From positions 3,968,001-4,032,000 of the forward strand of contig CBDCGL010000011.1 of the NCBI GenBank assembly GCA_965216755.1: a stretch of 64,000 nt of DNA, read 5' to 3'. A program made the position numbers and the translations under genes. Origin of the DNA: Alphaproteobacteria bacterium (GTDB lineage Bacteria; Pseudomonadota; Alphaproteobacteria; UBA7887). Shown piece after piece: positions 1-9,044 of this stretch. The notes below the pieces were generated by a model that was not told where the DNA came from, searched no databases, and saw only the letters and a program-made list of their open reading frames with translations. The first letter of the stretch is position 1. Each line of letters opens with the position of its first letter.

Positions 1-559
1 AAAGCGGCAGATGATCCGCGTATTTACCCACCAACACATGGGCTATGGCCGCCTCGGTCGGCAAGCCGCCTTCGATCAGGCGTGTCGGCGCTGGCGCCTG
101 CATAATCCCGGTCTCACACGCCCGGCAGGCATATTTGGGCCGGCGCGTTACCAGGACCCGGAATTGCGCCGGTACGATATCCAGCCGCTCAGAAACATCT
201 TCACCGATCACATGCAGCGCATGACCGCACGTGCAGGTCGTGCTGTTCGGTTCGATCACCGTTTCGACGCGCGGCAAATGTTTCGGTAGGGCACCACGTG
301 TGACGGATTGCGTCCGATTACGCGCTGCCGCGGTGACAGGCCGACTGTCTGCTTCCGCTTCGACAGCCGCAATTGCGCTTTCGATGTCTTCAAACACCAA
401 AGCCAGCTGGTCTGGATGCAGCCGTTCCGATTTGCGCCCAAATAGCGCCCGCTTGAGCTCTTTGACCAGGCGCTCAAGCCGATCGTTGCGCTGCGCCAAC
501 GCCACCAACATCGCCTTGAGAACAGACGGTTCATCCGGCAGATCAGCCATGGTGCCCAT
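1..559 (-). CDS. tnpC: IS66 transposase TnpC, N-terminal part (partial)
   Basis: Not in the ORF track because it runs off the edge; minus-strand translation MGTMADLPDEPSVLKAMLVALAQRNDRLERLVKELKRALFGRKSERLHPDQLAL, with the FGRKSE leucine-zipper signature of IS66 TnpC. Confidence 0.9.
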   Translation of the reverse strand, partial: MGTMADLPDEPSVLKAMLVALAQRNDRLERLVKELKRALFGRKSERLHPDQLALVFEDIESAIAAVEAEADSRPVTAAARNRTQSVTRGALPKHLPRVETVIEPNSTTCTCGHALHVIGEDVSERLDIVPAQFRVLVTRRPKYACRACETGIMQAPAPTRLIEGGLPTEAAIAHVLVGKYADHLPL

Positions 560-607
560 CACCGGACTATACGATGCTCGCTCCGCTAAGGCTAACAATT
601 AGGCCGG

Positions 608-961
608 TTATTGAACCGCTTGCGGACGCGCACATTTGAGGGCATGAACACGGCGCCAATCGAGCCCTTCGAACAACGCGCCCAATTGCGCCATTGACAG
701 CCGCATGACACCGTCCTCGATCCGCGGCCAGCGAAAGGCGCCGCGCTCCAATCGTTTATAGATCATCGTCAGGCCTCCACCATCCCACACCAGAAGCTTG
801 ACACGATCCGCACGTTTGGCCCGGAACACAAAAATCGCGCCACAGAACGGATCAAGCCGAAGTTGGCTTTGGACCACCGCCGCCAACCCGTCTAATCCCT
901 TTCGGAAATCCACCGGCCGGGTGGACACAAATACCCGCGCCGGACCACCCGGCAAGATCAT
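608..961 (-). CDS. tnpB: IS66 accessory protein TnpB (Orf2)
   Basis: PVDFRKGLDGL, FVFRAKRADRVKLLVWDGGG, YKRLERGAFRWP motifs. Confidence 0.95.
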   Translation of the reverse strand: MILPGGPARVFVSTRPVDFRKGLDGLAAVVQSQLRLDPFCGAIFVFRAKRADRVKLLVWDGGGLTMIYKRLERGAFRWPRIEDGVMRLSMAQLGALFEGLDWRRVHALKCARPQAVQ

Positions 962-1470
962 GCCACCGCCTTCACCGCAGCCAGCACCAGCGCCAACAGC
1001 TTCGCATCGCTGCCCGATCGCACGCGGACAACCGCATCACCAAAGGCGACCTCGATCCATTCTGCACCGCCACTCGCTGACCGGACAGCGCAGGAGCAGG
1101 ACAGTGACGGTGATGGCGCGCGCACATCGGCAACATTTGATGCATCATCCGCGACCGCCTTTACCGGTACAAACCCGACAGCGTCATCTGACCGATGATC
1201 CATCGACCCACGCGCCAGCACGCTCATCATCTCTTCAGGCAAGGCCAGCCGCCCCCGCTTGGCCTCATGACGCCAGGCGAACAATTGCTGCGGACGCAAA
1301 CCATGCCGCCGCGCAACCTCCGAGACCACAACCCCCGGCACCAGACTCTCTGCTACAATTCGGCCTTTCTCACCAGCCGTCCAATTGCGCCGGCGAACAT
1401 CGCCCGTCATTACCTCGATACACCGAACCTCATGGACCTCGCTGTCAAACGTATGGTCAAAACTCGACAT
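958..1470 (-). CDS. tnpA: IS66 accessory protein TnpA (HTH)
   Basis: RRRNWTAGEKGRIVAESL...VSEVARRHGLRPQQLFAWR HTH_Tnp_1 pattern; 4-nt overlap with tnpB. Confidence 0.92.
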   Translation of the reverse strand: MSSFDHTFDSEVHEVRCIEVMTGDVRRRNWTAGEKGRIVAESLVPGVVVSEVARRHGLRPQQLFAWRHEAKRGRLALPEEMMSVLARGSMDHRSDDAVGFVPVKAVADDASNVADVRAPSPSLSCSCAVRSASGGAEWIEVAFGDAVVRVRSGSDAKLLALVLAAVKAVA

Positions 1471-1546
1471 CTCGCAATCCTCCCTCAGACCGCCAACATG
1501 TCAGCTCAAAACATCGTCACAAAGGTGGCAACGAAACACCGCTTAC

Positions 1547-1899
1547 GAATTTCCGTCGGCCTGCCAAACGATCAGATGTTCCATGCATATATTGCGAAGG
1601 CGCTTGAGGACGAGATCAAGCTCGGCGATTTGATGGACTCAAACGGCAATATCATCCTGGCGATCAAACTCAAGGAACTGAATTTCTCGTCATGGGAAGG
1701 AACGTGGCAGCTCGTGGTCGATGTACTTGCCAACGGTGACCAGCTATTTGAGGCGATCGGCTTTCACGACCATGATGCCACATTCGCGGCTGCCCAAGAG
1801 TGCGAGAATGCGGCAGACAATTTCGAGTACGCGGTCCAAGACTTGACCAAGAACATTATCGATCACCCAAAGTTCAGAGCAATGTTGGCGAGTTCATAG
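1547..1899 (+). pseudogene. 3' remnant of a probable small lipoprotein/exported protein interrupted by IS66
   Basis: Protein-like frame (FHAYIAKALEDEIKLG...LNFSSWEGTWQL...ECENAADNFEYAVQDL) begins exactly at the IS end; its 5' part is missing. Confidence 0.6.
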
Positions 1900-1913
1900 A
1901 AACGAACTTGTTG

Positions 1914-1937
1914 AGCTGCTCTCACTAGCGAGCAGCT
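1914..1937. terminator. Hairpin after the interrupted gene
   Basis: AGCTGCTC-8 nt-GAGCAGCT inverted repeat 15 nt after the stop codon; weak U-tract. Confidence 0.35.
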
Positions 1938-2251
1938 ACTTCACGCTGCGCCCTGTGCGCCTTGACGTTGGCCGAGAGATTTCGCGGCGGCGAGGACGCC
2001 TTGGGCCTCGTCCGGCGATTGGTCCGTATGTCTACCGGCATCTTCACGAGGACGCCCGGCTGTGTGTTTTGGGATTCTTGTCAAACGGGCGTGAGTTCGA
2101 ATCGCTTTTGAATAGGTTTTCTAATACGAAATACTCTTGGGTTTTATCAACACGCAAAAGTGCTCTAAATAATTGCATTGTCTAGTCGCGCATTAAGATG
2201 CAATATATGTCCTATTACAATCATATGTAGAAATTTTGTTTACTCAATTCT

Positions 2252-2803
2252 ATGTGCGAAATCGAAGACAGGGAAAGGCGCCGTTTCTTGTATTCGGCCA
2301 CTGCTGCTGTAGGCACTTGCGGTGCGGTTATTTCCGCTTGGCCGATTATCGATAGCATGAATCCGGGGGCCGATCTTCCGAAGTTGTACGAAATGGAGGT
2401 TGATCTAACTGTGATTCATGATGGGGGAAGCAAAACTGTCGTTTGGAGGAACGAGCCGATCTTTATCCGTCATCGGACACAGACCGAAATTGAGGCGGCG
2501 AGACGTGGCGATATCTCCGACTTGCGTGATCCAGAAACAGACTCGGACCGTGTTCACTCGCCGGAATGGTTGGCCGTGGTCGGCGTATGCACCCGATTGG
2601 GTTGTGTCCTGCATGGTCAGGAGGTGGTGGAACACAGAGGCGATTACGGTGGCTGGTTTTGTGTCTGCTGTGCCAGCCATTTCGACACTTCAGGCCGCGT
2701 CCGCGCTGGGGCCGCGCCAAAGAATTTGCGCGTCCCCATGTATGATATCCTGAACGGTACAACGATGGCTTTTCGCACACGGCCAACCCCCCCCATCGTA
2801 TAG
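2252..2803 (+). CDS. PetA-like Rieske Fe-S protein with non-canonical ligand motifs
   Basis: Tat-like RRRFL plus TM helix (AWPIIDSMNP), WRNEPIFIRHRT, DTSGRVRAG; boxes read CTRLGC and CVCCAS instead of CTHLGC and CPCHGS. Confidence 0.88.
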   Translation: MCEIEDRERRRFLYSATAAVGTCGAVISAWPIIDSMNPGADLPKLYEMEVDLTVIHDGGSKTVVWRNEPIFIRHRTQTEIEAARRGDISDLRDPETDSDRVHSPEWLAVVGVCTRLGCVLHGQEVVEHRGDYGGWFCVCCASHFDTSGRVRAGAAPKNLRVPMYDILNGTTMAFRTRPTPPIV

Positions 2804-3114
2804 AATAGTTCGTCCGATTCGCAGATCGCCCAGATGCGTAGCGCCTGTTTCGTCTTCGTCGTCCCTTGATCCTGTCGCACGCTGACAAATGGCGTGATTT
2901 GTTTTTGAGGCCCATCGAACGTCCGCGGACGACAACAACGGGAAGGTTTCTGCTGCCTAGCTGGCGGCGCTCTCAACGGGATCGTAGGTCGGGCGCGTTA
3001 CATTGCGCCTGCGCGTTTGGTCGCGGCCAGACCTTCGGCGCAATTGACCGGCTTGTCGCCGCATCGATATGCTACCGATTCTTTGCTCAATGTGAATTCG
3101 TCAGAGACGGCGAC

Positions 3115-3671
3115 ATGATTGTTGATGCGTGGGGGCAACATCCCACCCTGAGACACAGTCAGGATCCGATTCTTAAGTCGTTGCGCCGTTGGACCAAGAC
3201 GTGGGCGCCCGAGAAACAGATCCCGGTGTTCGCAACCATTCGGACGATGGATGATGGCGGCGTCGATAGAATGCTGATTGGTGCCTGGGAGGTGCCGCCG
3301 ACCGACAGTCTATTCTATCCGGTATACACGGCATGCGTCGAAGAGCGGGTGCCGTTTTGCACCCAGATTGGCCATACCGGGCCGTTGATGCCGTCGGAAG
3401 TCGGGCGCCCGATCTATTTGTGCCATGTCGCACTCGATTTTCCCGAATTGACGATTGTTGGCGGCCATATCGGCTATCCCCGGACTCAAGAAGCGATCGC
3501 TGTGGCGACCAAACATGAAAACGTTTTCATCGGCACGCCGGCTTACACGGCCCGCCGCCCCGGATAGCAAACAGAATCGACTCCACATTGTCCGAAAGGG
3601 CTCTAGGCTTGTCCGAGCAAACGAAAGCGCTTTTTCTGGGCAAAAACGCCGAACGCGTTTTCCGGTTGTAG
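3115..3671 (+). pseudogene. Amidohydrolase_2-family pseudogene
   Basis: MIVDAWGQHPTLR..., CTQIGHTGPL, DFPELTIVGGHIGYP, KHENVF motifs; central segment appears missing; stop at 3567, then the family-like C-terminus GLSEQTKALFLGKNAERVFRL* ends at 3671 in another frame. Confidence 0.75.
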
Positions 3672-3787
3672 GTTCGCCACTGCGAGCAGGCTTTGCGAAC
3701 CACAAGGTCAGACACGGGCCGCAGCGGTTGGCTGAAAGAGTTTCGGAGCCGATTGGCACGCAGTAACTAAGGCGAGTCGATTGGGCC

Positions 3788-5683
3788 TCACGGCGCTGAT
3801 TTCGGCTGTAAGAGCACCACGCGTGCAATTGGATCGGAAACGTCGACCAATTCGTAGTGTTCGCGGACATACGTTCCGGTTGCACTATCTCTCACTGCAT
3901 TCAACAGTTTGTGCTCCAAGGGGCCTTGTCGGAAATGCACGGTCGCCAGCCAACTGGCCAGCCATTTCGGCATCGAAAACGGACGTTCGCGTGTCGATTC
4001 GGGATCTTTTAGCCCAAACACCCGCGCATAATCACGTTGCACCATCACCACATAGCTCTCCGGATTCTGCTGTAGAAACGCCCATTCGGGAAATTCGTTA
4101 GCAGAATACATAAGCGCGTCCATCTTATAATCCTGTGGGCACACGCCGATCCGTGGCGAGGCCGCCCAAGCACGCCCGTAATAAAGAACCGGTCTGTGCG
4201 CGCGTTCCGGCGCGCCCAAATAGCGGCCGATCGCAGAGAAGGTCGGGTCAGCATAGGAACGTTCCGGCTCGGTGCTGATATCCCGAAAATCAGCCTGGTC
4301 CACCGCCGCTGTCGGCACGCCCCTTTTGATATCCCGCGCACCCAGATAAAAGGAATCGGCGTAGTAGCGCCCGGTTGGGTAGATCCCAACCAGATAGGTC
4401 GCCGAGGCCACGGCGATCAAAACCACTGCGGCGCGATCGACACCTTTGCTCAGGTGCACGGCGCGCCGCGGCATGTCGGTGAGAAATACAAAGAAAAGCG
4501 GCAGAAACGCGGCGCCCAGATGCCAGTGGTCCGCGCGGTTCAGCCCGCTTTTCAGTGTCACCAATGCAAAACCGACCGCGCCCACGAGCAACAAATCACC
4601 CGAAAATGCGCGTTCGCGAAAACGCGGCAGCGCAGCGCCCAGCCCAACAATCGCAATCGCCAGCACGGCAAAAAGCGCGATTGAGTTCACGGTCCAGTAG
4701 AACTCAAAGCTCAAATGCCCCTGCGACATCACGCCGACAACGCGCCGGACCGCGGCGAGATAGTCCCGCCACCCGGTGCCCAACAACGCATAGATGCCGA
4801 TTGCATAAGTCAACAGAGTGGTTGCCGCCACTACCGGGCCTGAGCGCAGGGATCTCAGCCGGTCAGGCCCAAGCAGCGCGGCCCCGTACATGGCGCCGAT
4901 ACCGACCAGCGTTGCCGCCGCATATTCGTGCGAGTAAGTGGCATAAAGCCCGACGATCACGCCCACGGCAATGTTGGCACGCAAATCAAATGGCCGGGCC
5001 GCGGCCAACAAGAGTGCAAAAACTGCGATCAGACGTCGCCCCGCGCTCCAATTCAAACCCAACATGGTGTCGACCAGAATCGGCGCAAGTATGATGAAAA
5101 CCAGAATACGCCAGCGCCGATCCGTGATCGTTAGCTGCAAGGCAACCGTCAAAATCGCAAATTGCACGGCCTCTTGTGTGGCCAGAAAGCTGTAATACGA
5201 CTTGAGCGATGGACCAAAAACCTGCGCCCAACCCCACAGTCCGTAGATCATGGATGGGCCATAAAAAAACTCAAAATCCCTGTATGGAACTTGCCCACAG
5301 GCCATCCGAAAGAGCGATACGATAAAACCGTGATCTTCCATCATCGGGCCGTACCGCGCCACGATGAGCGGGAAATAGGCCAGGAAGAACACCACAAAAA
5401 TACCGACAATTTCTGTTGGGTAGAGACGCACGGCCGGCGCGCCGGCGGCCCGAACCGGTGTGGCCGAAGCCCAGCGGCGGCTCAAAATCGCCGCCAGGCC
5501 CAACACAAACACCGACCAGAGAACCGCCACCCAATAGGCAACCGGCGCATTGTAACCGCGTGCGGCGGCGGCGCTGATCGCCCGGGTGTCGCTCGGAATT
5601 GGAATCAGGTGTGGGACCCACGGCATAAGCACGAGAAATCCGGCCATTGCCGCGATCATTGCTGCTATCGGAGATCGAATCAT
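3788..5683 (-). CDS. Polytopic membrane protein, probable GT-C glycosyltransferase
   Basis: About 12 hydrophobic segments; first-loop motif EDHG...R...GQVPYRDFEFFYGP; soluble C-terminal domain; divergent from gtrB-gtrA. Confidence 0.7.
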   Translation of the reverse strand: MIRSPIAAMIAAMAGFLVLMPWVPHLIPIPSDTRAISAAAARGYNAPVAYWVAVLWSVFVLGLAAILSRRWASATPVRAAGAPAVRLYPTEIVGIFVVFFLAYFPLIVARYGPMMEDHGFIVSLFRMACGQVPYRDFEFFYGPSMIYGLWGWAQVFGPSLKSYYSFLATQEAVQFAILTVALQLTITDRRWRILVFIILAPILVDTMLGLNWSAGRRLIAVFALLLAAARPFDLRANIAVGVIVGLYATYSHEYAAATLVGIGAMYGAALLGPDRLRSLRSGPVVAATTLLTYAIGIYALLGTGWRDYLAAVRRVVGVMSQGHLSFEFYWTVNSIALFAVLAIAIVGLGAALPRFRERAFSGDLLLVGAVGFALVTLKSGLNRADHWHLGAAFLPLFFVFLTDMPRRAVHLSKGVDRAAVVLIAVASATYLVGIYPTGRYYADSFYLGARDIKRGVPTAAVDQADFRDISTEPERSYADPTFSAIGRYLGAPERAHRPVLYYGRAWAASPRIGVCPQDYKMDALMYSANEFPEWAFLQQNPESYVVMVQRDYARVFGLKDPESTRERPFSMPKWLASWLATVHFRQGPLEHKLLNAVRDSATGTYVREHYELVDVSDPIARVVLLQPKSAP

Positions 5684-6281
5684 GGTCGCTATGAGCTCCC
5701 GGACGCGGGCCGCGCTTACCTGGACTTCGCGCGCCGTTCAATCACAGCGCGCCGTGGCTGACAATTGCTTAGACCGCAACCGGAAAACCGTGCTCGCAAA
5801 GAGCCTTATGGAAATGCCGACACCGAACCAAATATGCCAGAATGGCGAATTTCCATCGGACAAGAGCGCCGCGACAATGGAAACTCGCGGCATGTTGCAG
5901 TTACCGCCCCAAGAGTGTCAACGGTGGTGGGAAACGGAATCGGTGCGGTTGCGTGAGACGGCGCCACAGGCTGTCTGGTCGGTGGCGGTGCGGTCCACAT
6001 GCGGCGGCGCCTGCGTGCGCCGCATGCCGTATCACATAAGGCCGACAGGACAGCCCGCACCGGGTCGGGTGCAGACTGGCACGATATCGGCAAATTGCGT
6101 GTTTGGTGTCAGCGGGGCAGACGGGGACTAACTTTAAACATGTGCTTATTTTTGACCGGTTTCGGCGCATTGAAGTCATCACGGGATCAAACCCTGGGCG
6201 TATTGGTCCATAATTGTCGGCGGAGCGCCTACGGTGAGCGCGATTATTCGTGAAACTACGGGACGATTTGAAAGAGACACG

Positions 6282-7301
6282 ATGACATCAATGACGGCGC
6301 AAGAGGAATTCGTGCGAGAGGGCCGACAGCTGATTTCCGTCGTGGTCCCTTGCTACAACGAAGAAGAGGTCGTGCGCCACACCCATGAGCGGCTCGCCGG
6401 CGTACTGTCCGCCCACGCGCCGGATCACGAGATCATTTATGTGGACGATGGCAGCTCCGATCAAACCGCTCTTTTGCTGCGGGAGATCCAGGCGGTGGAT
6501 GCGCGTGTTGGCGTGGTGCGCTTGTCGCGGAATTTTGGCCATCAGGTGGCCGTGACCGCCGGCATCGAATATGCGAAAGGGGATGCGATTGTCATTATAG
6601 ACGCCGATCTTCAGGATCCGCCCGAAGTGATCCCGGAGATGGTTGCCGCGTGGCGCAAAGGCTTCGACATCGTCTACGGCGTACGCAATTCACGTGAAGG
6701 CGAAACGTCGTTCAAGCTCTGGTCGGCCAAACTGTTTTATCGGATCATCAATGCGCTTTCCGAGGTGCCGCTGCCCCTCGACGCGGGTGATTTCCGACTC
6801 ATCGACCGCGCTGCCGCCGCCGCGTTGCGGCAGATGCAAGAACGCCACCGCTTGTTGCGTGCGATGACGTCGTGGGTCGGTTTCAAACAAACAGCGATCC
6901 CATATGAACGGGAAAAACGCTTCGCTGGTGTCACAAAATATCCCCTCCGCAAAATGATCTTGCTTGCCCTCGACGGCATCGTGTCGTTCTCGACCGTGCC
7001 ATTGCGCGTCGTCACTTTCATCGGCCTCGTTCTGTCGGTACTGTCGGTCGTGGGTATCATATACGCATTGGTTTCGCGCCTGCTCACCGACATTTGGGTG
7101 CCTGGCTGGACGTTGCTGTTCATCTCGTCGCTGATGCTCGGCGGACTGCAGCTCGTGTTTCTAGGCGTGATCGGTGAATATGTCGGTCGCATCTATGGCG
7201 AGGTCAAACAACGGCCTCTATTCATCGTCATGGAAACACTCGGCACGGATGAATTCCGGCGGCGATGCACCGAAAGGACGCAAAAGGCAAACCAGGCGTG
7301 A
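6282..7301 (+). CDS. GT2 polyprenol-phosphate glycosyltransferase (GtrB-like)
   Basis: SVVVPCYNEE, VDDGSSD, LSRNFGHQ, IDADLQDPP, GDFRLIDR motifs; two C-terminal TM helices. Confidence 0.93.
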   Translation: MTSMTAQEEFVREGRQLISVVVPCYNEEEVVRHTHERLAGVLSAHAPDHEIIYVDDGSSDQTALLLREIQAVDARVGVVRLSRNFGHQVAVTAGIEYAKGDAIVIIDADLQDPPEVIPEMVAAWRKGFDIVYGVRNSREGETSFKLWSAKLFYRIINALSEVPLPLDAGDFRLIDRAAAAALRQMQERHRLLRAMTSWVGFKQTAIPYEREKRFAGVTKYPLRKMILLALDGIVSFSTVPLRVVTFIGLVLSVLSVVGIIYALVSRLLTDIWVPGWTLLFISSLMLGGLQLVFLGVIGEYVGRIYGEVKQRPLFIVMETLGTDEFRRRCTERTQKANQA

Positions 7302-7708
7302 TCCCCCAGAGAATCTTGTCTTTGGTGCCGGAGCGTTTCCGTCAATTCTTCCTTTACGCGCTGTGTGGCGGCAGTGGTGTCACCTTCGACTTTCTATTGT
7401 ATGTTGCTCTCGTCACGTCGGGCGTGGGCTACCAATTCGCCAATCTCCTCGGTTACGCGGGAGGCACGATCCTTAGCTTCCTTCTTAATCGGGTGATCAC
7501 ATTCGGCGTGCTCGACGCGCCGTTGCTGCGTTTCGCGGGATTTCTAACCGTCGCCGGCATTGGCTATGTCTGCTCCGCCGCGGTTCTTTGGGTCATGATC
7601 GACCGGTATTCGGTCAACGAAATCGCGTCAAAAATTTGCGCCATTATTGTCGTCGTGGTTGTGCAATATACACTGAACGCACGTTTCACCTTCCGAAGGG
7701 CGAAGTAG
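7298..7708 (+). CDS. GtrA-family flippase
   Basis: Small protein with 4 TM segments, SFLLNRVITF and YTLNARFTF motifs; GTG start overlaps the upstream stop. Confidence 0.9.
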   Translation: MIPQRILSLVPERFRQFFLYALCGGSGVTFDFLLYVALVTSGVGYQFANLLGYAGGTILSFLLNRVITFGVLDAPLLRFAGFLTVAGIGYVCSAAVLWVMIDRYSVNEIASKICAIIVVVVVQYTLNARFTFRRAK

Positions 7709-7721
7709 TCCGGGGACAACA

Positions 7722-9044
7722 ATGACGGCGACAGATGTGTACGACTGCGCGATCATCGGCGGCGGTTTCACCGGCCTTGCGGCAGCGGCTGAACTCTCGC
7801 GTACCGGTCGTTCGGTAATTTTGATCGAGAAGGAACATGAACTCGGCGGTCTTGCCGCAGGCTTCAACGTTGGCGAATACGAGCTGGAACGGTTTTATCA
7901 TCACTGGTTCACGAGTGATCGTCACATTTTCGATCTCGCCCAGCAGATCGGCGTATCGGACCGGGTGGTTGTGCGTGATTCCGTCACCGGTATGTATTTC
8001 GCTGGCAAGAACTTCCGCCTGTCGACGCCGCTTGACCTACTCGGCTTCACGGCCCTGCCATTCCACGATCGCGTTCGCACCGGTGTCGCCGCACTGCGCG
8101 CTCGCCGCGTCAAGGAATGGCGCGATCTCGAAGGCGTTACGGCAAAGGACTGGCTTATTAAGCTTTTTGGCGCGAATGCGTTCAGTGTCATTTGGGAACC
8201 TCTGCTGGTCGGAAAGTTCGGTAAACACGCCGATCGCATTTCCGCCGTTTGGTTTTGGAACAAGCTTGCGCTCCGCGGTGGCAGCCGCGGCAAAAGGGGC
8301 GCCGAGCAACTGGCCTATTTTCGTGGCGGGTTTGCGCAACTTGCCCGTGACGTGGCCGCCTATGTCACCGCCAAGGGCGGACATATCGAATCCGGCCTTG
8401 AAGCCAAAACCATCCGAAGATCGGAATCTGGCGTCGCTGTTGAAACCGCCCGTGAACCCATTCACGCGCGGACGGCGCTTGTTACGACGCATTTGCCCGT
8501 TGCGGCGAGACTGTTGGCCGAGAGCGCGACGGCGGCGGAGCTGAAGGCGTTTCGCAAAATCGAATACCTTGGCAATGTTTGCCTAATACTGGAAATGAAC
8601 CGCAGTTTGTCTCAATTCTATTGGACCAATATCAACGATCCGAATTTCCCATTCGTCGGCATCATCGAACACACGAATTTCGAACCCATGGCCTCTTACG
8701 GCGGGCGCCATATCGTGTATCTGTCGAAATATCTCGCAACCGACGACTCGCTCTTTGACAAGGATTCCCATCAAATGTTCGAATTCGCTGTGCCGCACAT
8801 ACAAAGGATGTTTCCGGAGTTCAGGTGCTCTTGGGTCGACGGCTATCATTTGTGGAAAGCCGAATACGCGCAGCCTATCGTTGTGCGACATTATTCGCGA
8901 CTGATCCCTGAATTCGAGCTGTCCGTGCCTGGCGTGTTCTTGGCGACCATGGCCCAAATTTACCCCGAGGATCGTGGGACCAACTACGCTGTTCGCGAAG
9001 GTACCCGCGCCGCAAAGGAAATCGACAAAAGGTTGCCGCGCTAA
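7722..9044 (+). CDS. FAD-dependent oxidoreductase of unknown function (HemY/amine oxidase/UGM-like fold)
   Basis: IIGGGFTGLAAA dinucleotide motif, LGGLA, LERFYHHWF, YPEDRGTNYAV. Confidence 0.85.
   Translation: MTATDVYDCAIIGGGFTGLAAAAELSRTGRSVILIEKEHELGGLAAGFNVGEYELERFYHHWFTSDRHIFDLAQQIGVSDRVVVRDSVTGMYFAGKNFRLSTPLDLLGFTALPFHDRVRTGVAALRARRVKEWRDLEGVTAKDWLIKLFGANAFSVIWEPLLVGKFGKHADRISAVWFWNKLALRGGSRGKRGAEQLAYFRGGFAQLARDVAAYVTAKGGHIESGLEAKTIRRSESGVAVETAREPIHARTALVTTHLPVAARLLAESATAAELKAFRKIEYLGNVCLILEMNRSLSQFYWTNINDPNFPFVGIIEHTNFEPMASYGGRHIVYLSKYLATDDSLFDKDSHQMFEFAVPHIQRMFPEFRCSWVDGYHLWKAEYAQPIVVRHYSRLIPEFELSVPGVFLATMAQIYPEDRGTNYAVREGTRAAKEIDKRLPR

Larger units (their letters stand above)
1..1546 (-). 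mobile_element. IS66-family insertion sequence (one end at 1546, runs off window start)
   Basis: tnpA-tnpB-tnpC gene order on the minus strand; terminus reads GTAAGCGGTGTTTCG on the minus strand from 1546, matching the GTAA(GCG) start typical of IS66 inverted repeats. Confidence 0.92.

Noticed and set aside
608-961. TnpB as an RNA-guided nuclease
   Set aside because: This is the 117-aa IS66 accessory TnpB, unrelated to IS200/IS605 RuvC TnpB
1195-1899. 234-aa ORF as an intact gene
   Set aside because: Chimera: the first half is antisense IS66 sequence; only 1547-1899 looks protein-like
2137-2150. FNR-like box TTGGGTTTTATCAA upstream of the Rieske gene
   Set aside because: Only 8 of 10 consensus positions match, in an AT-rich stretch where chance matches are likely
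5684-6281. Short ORFs or ncRNA in the divergent intergenic region
   Set aside because: No recognisable motifs, RBS or RNA structure found by eye
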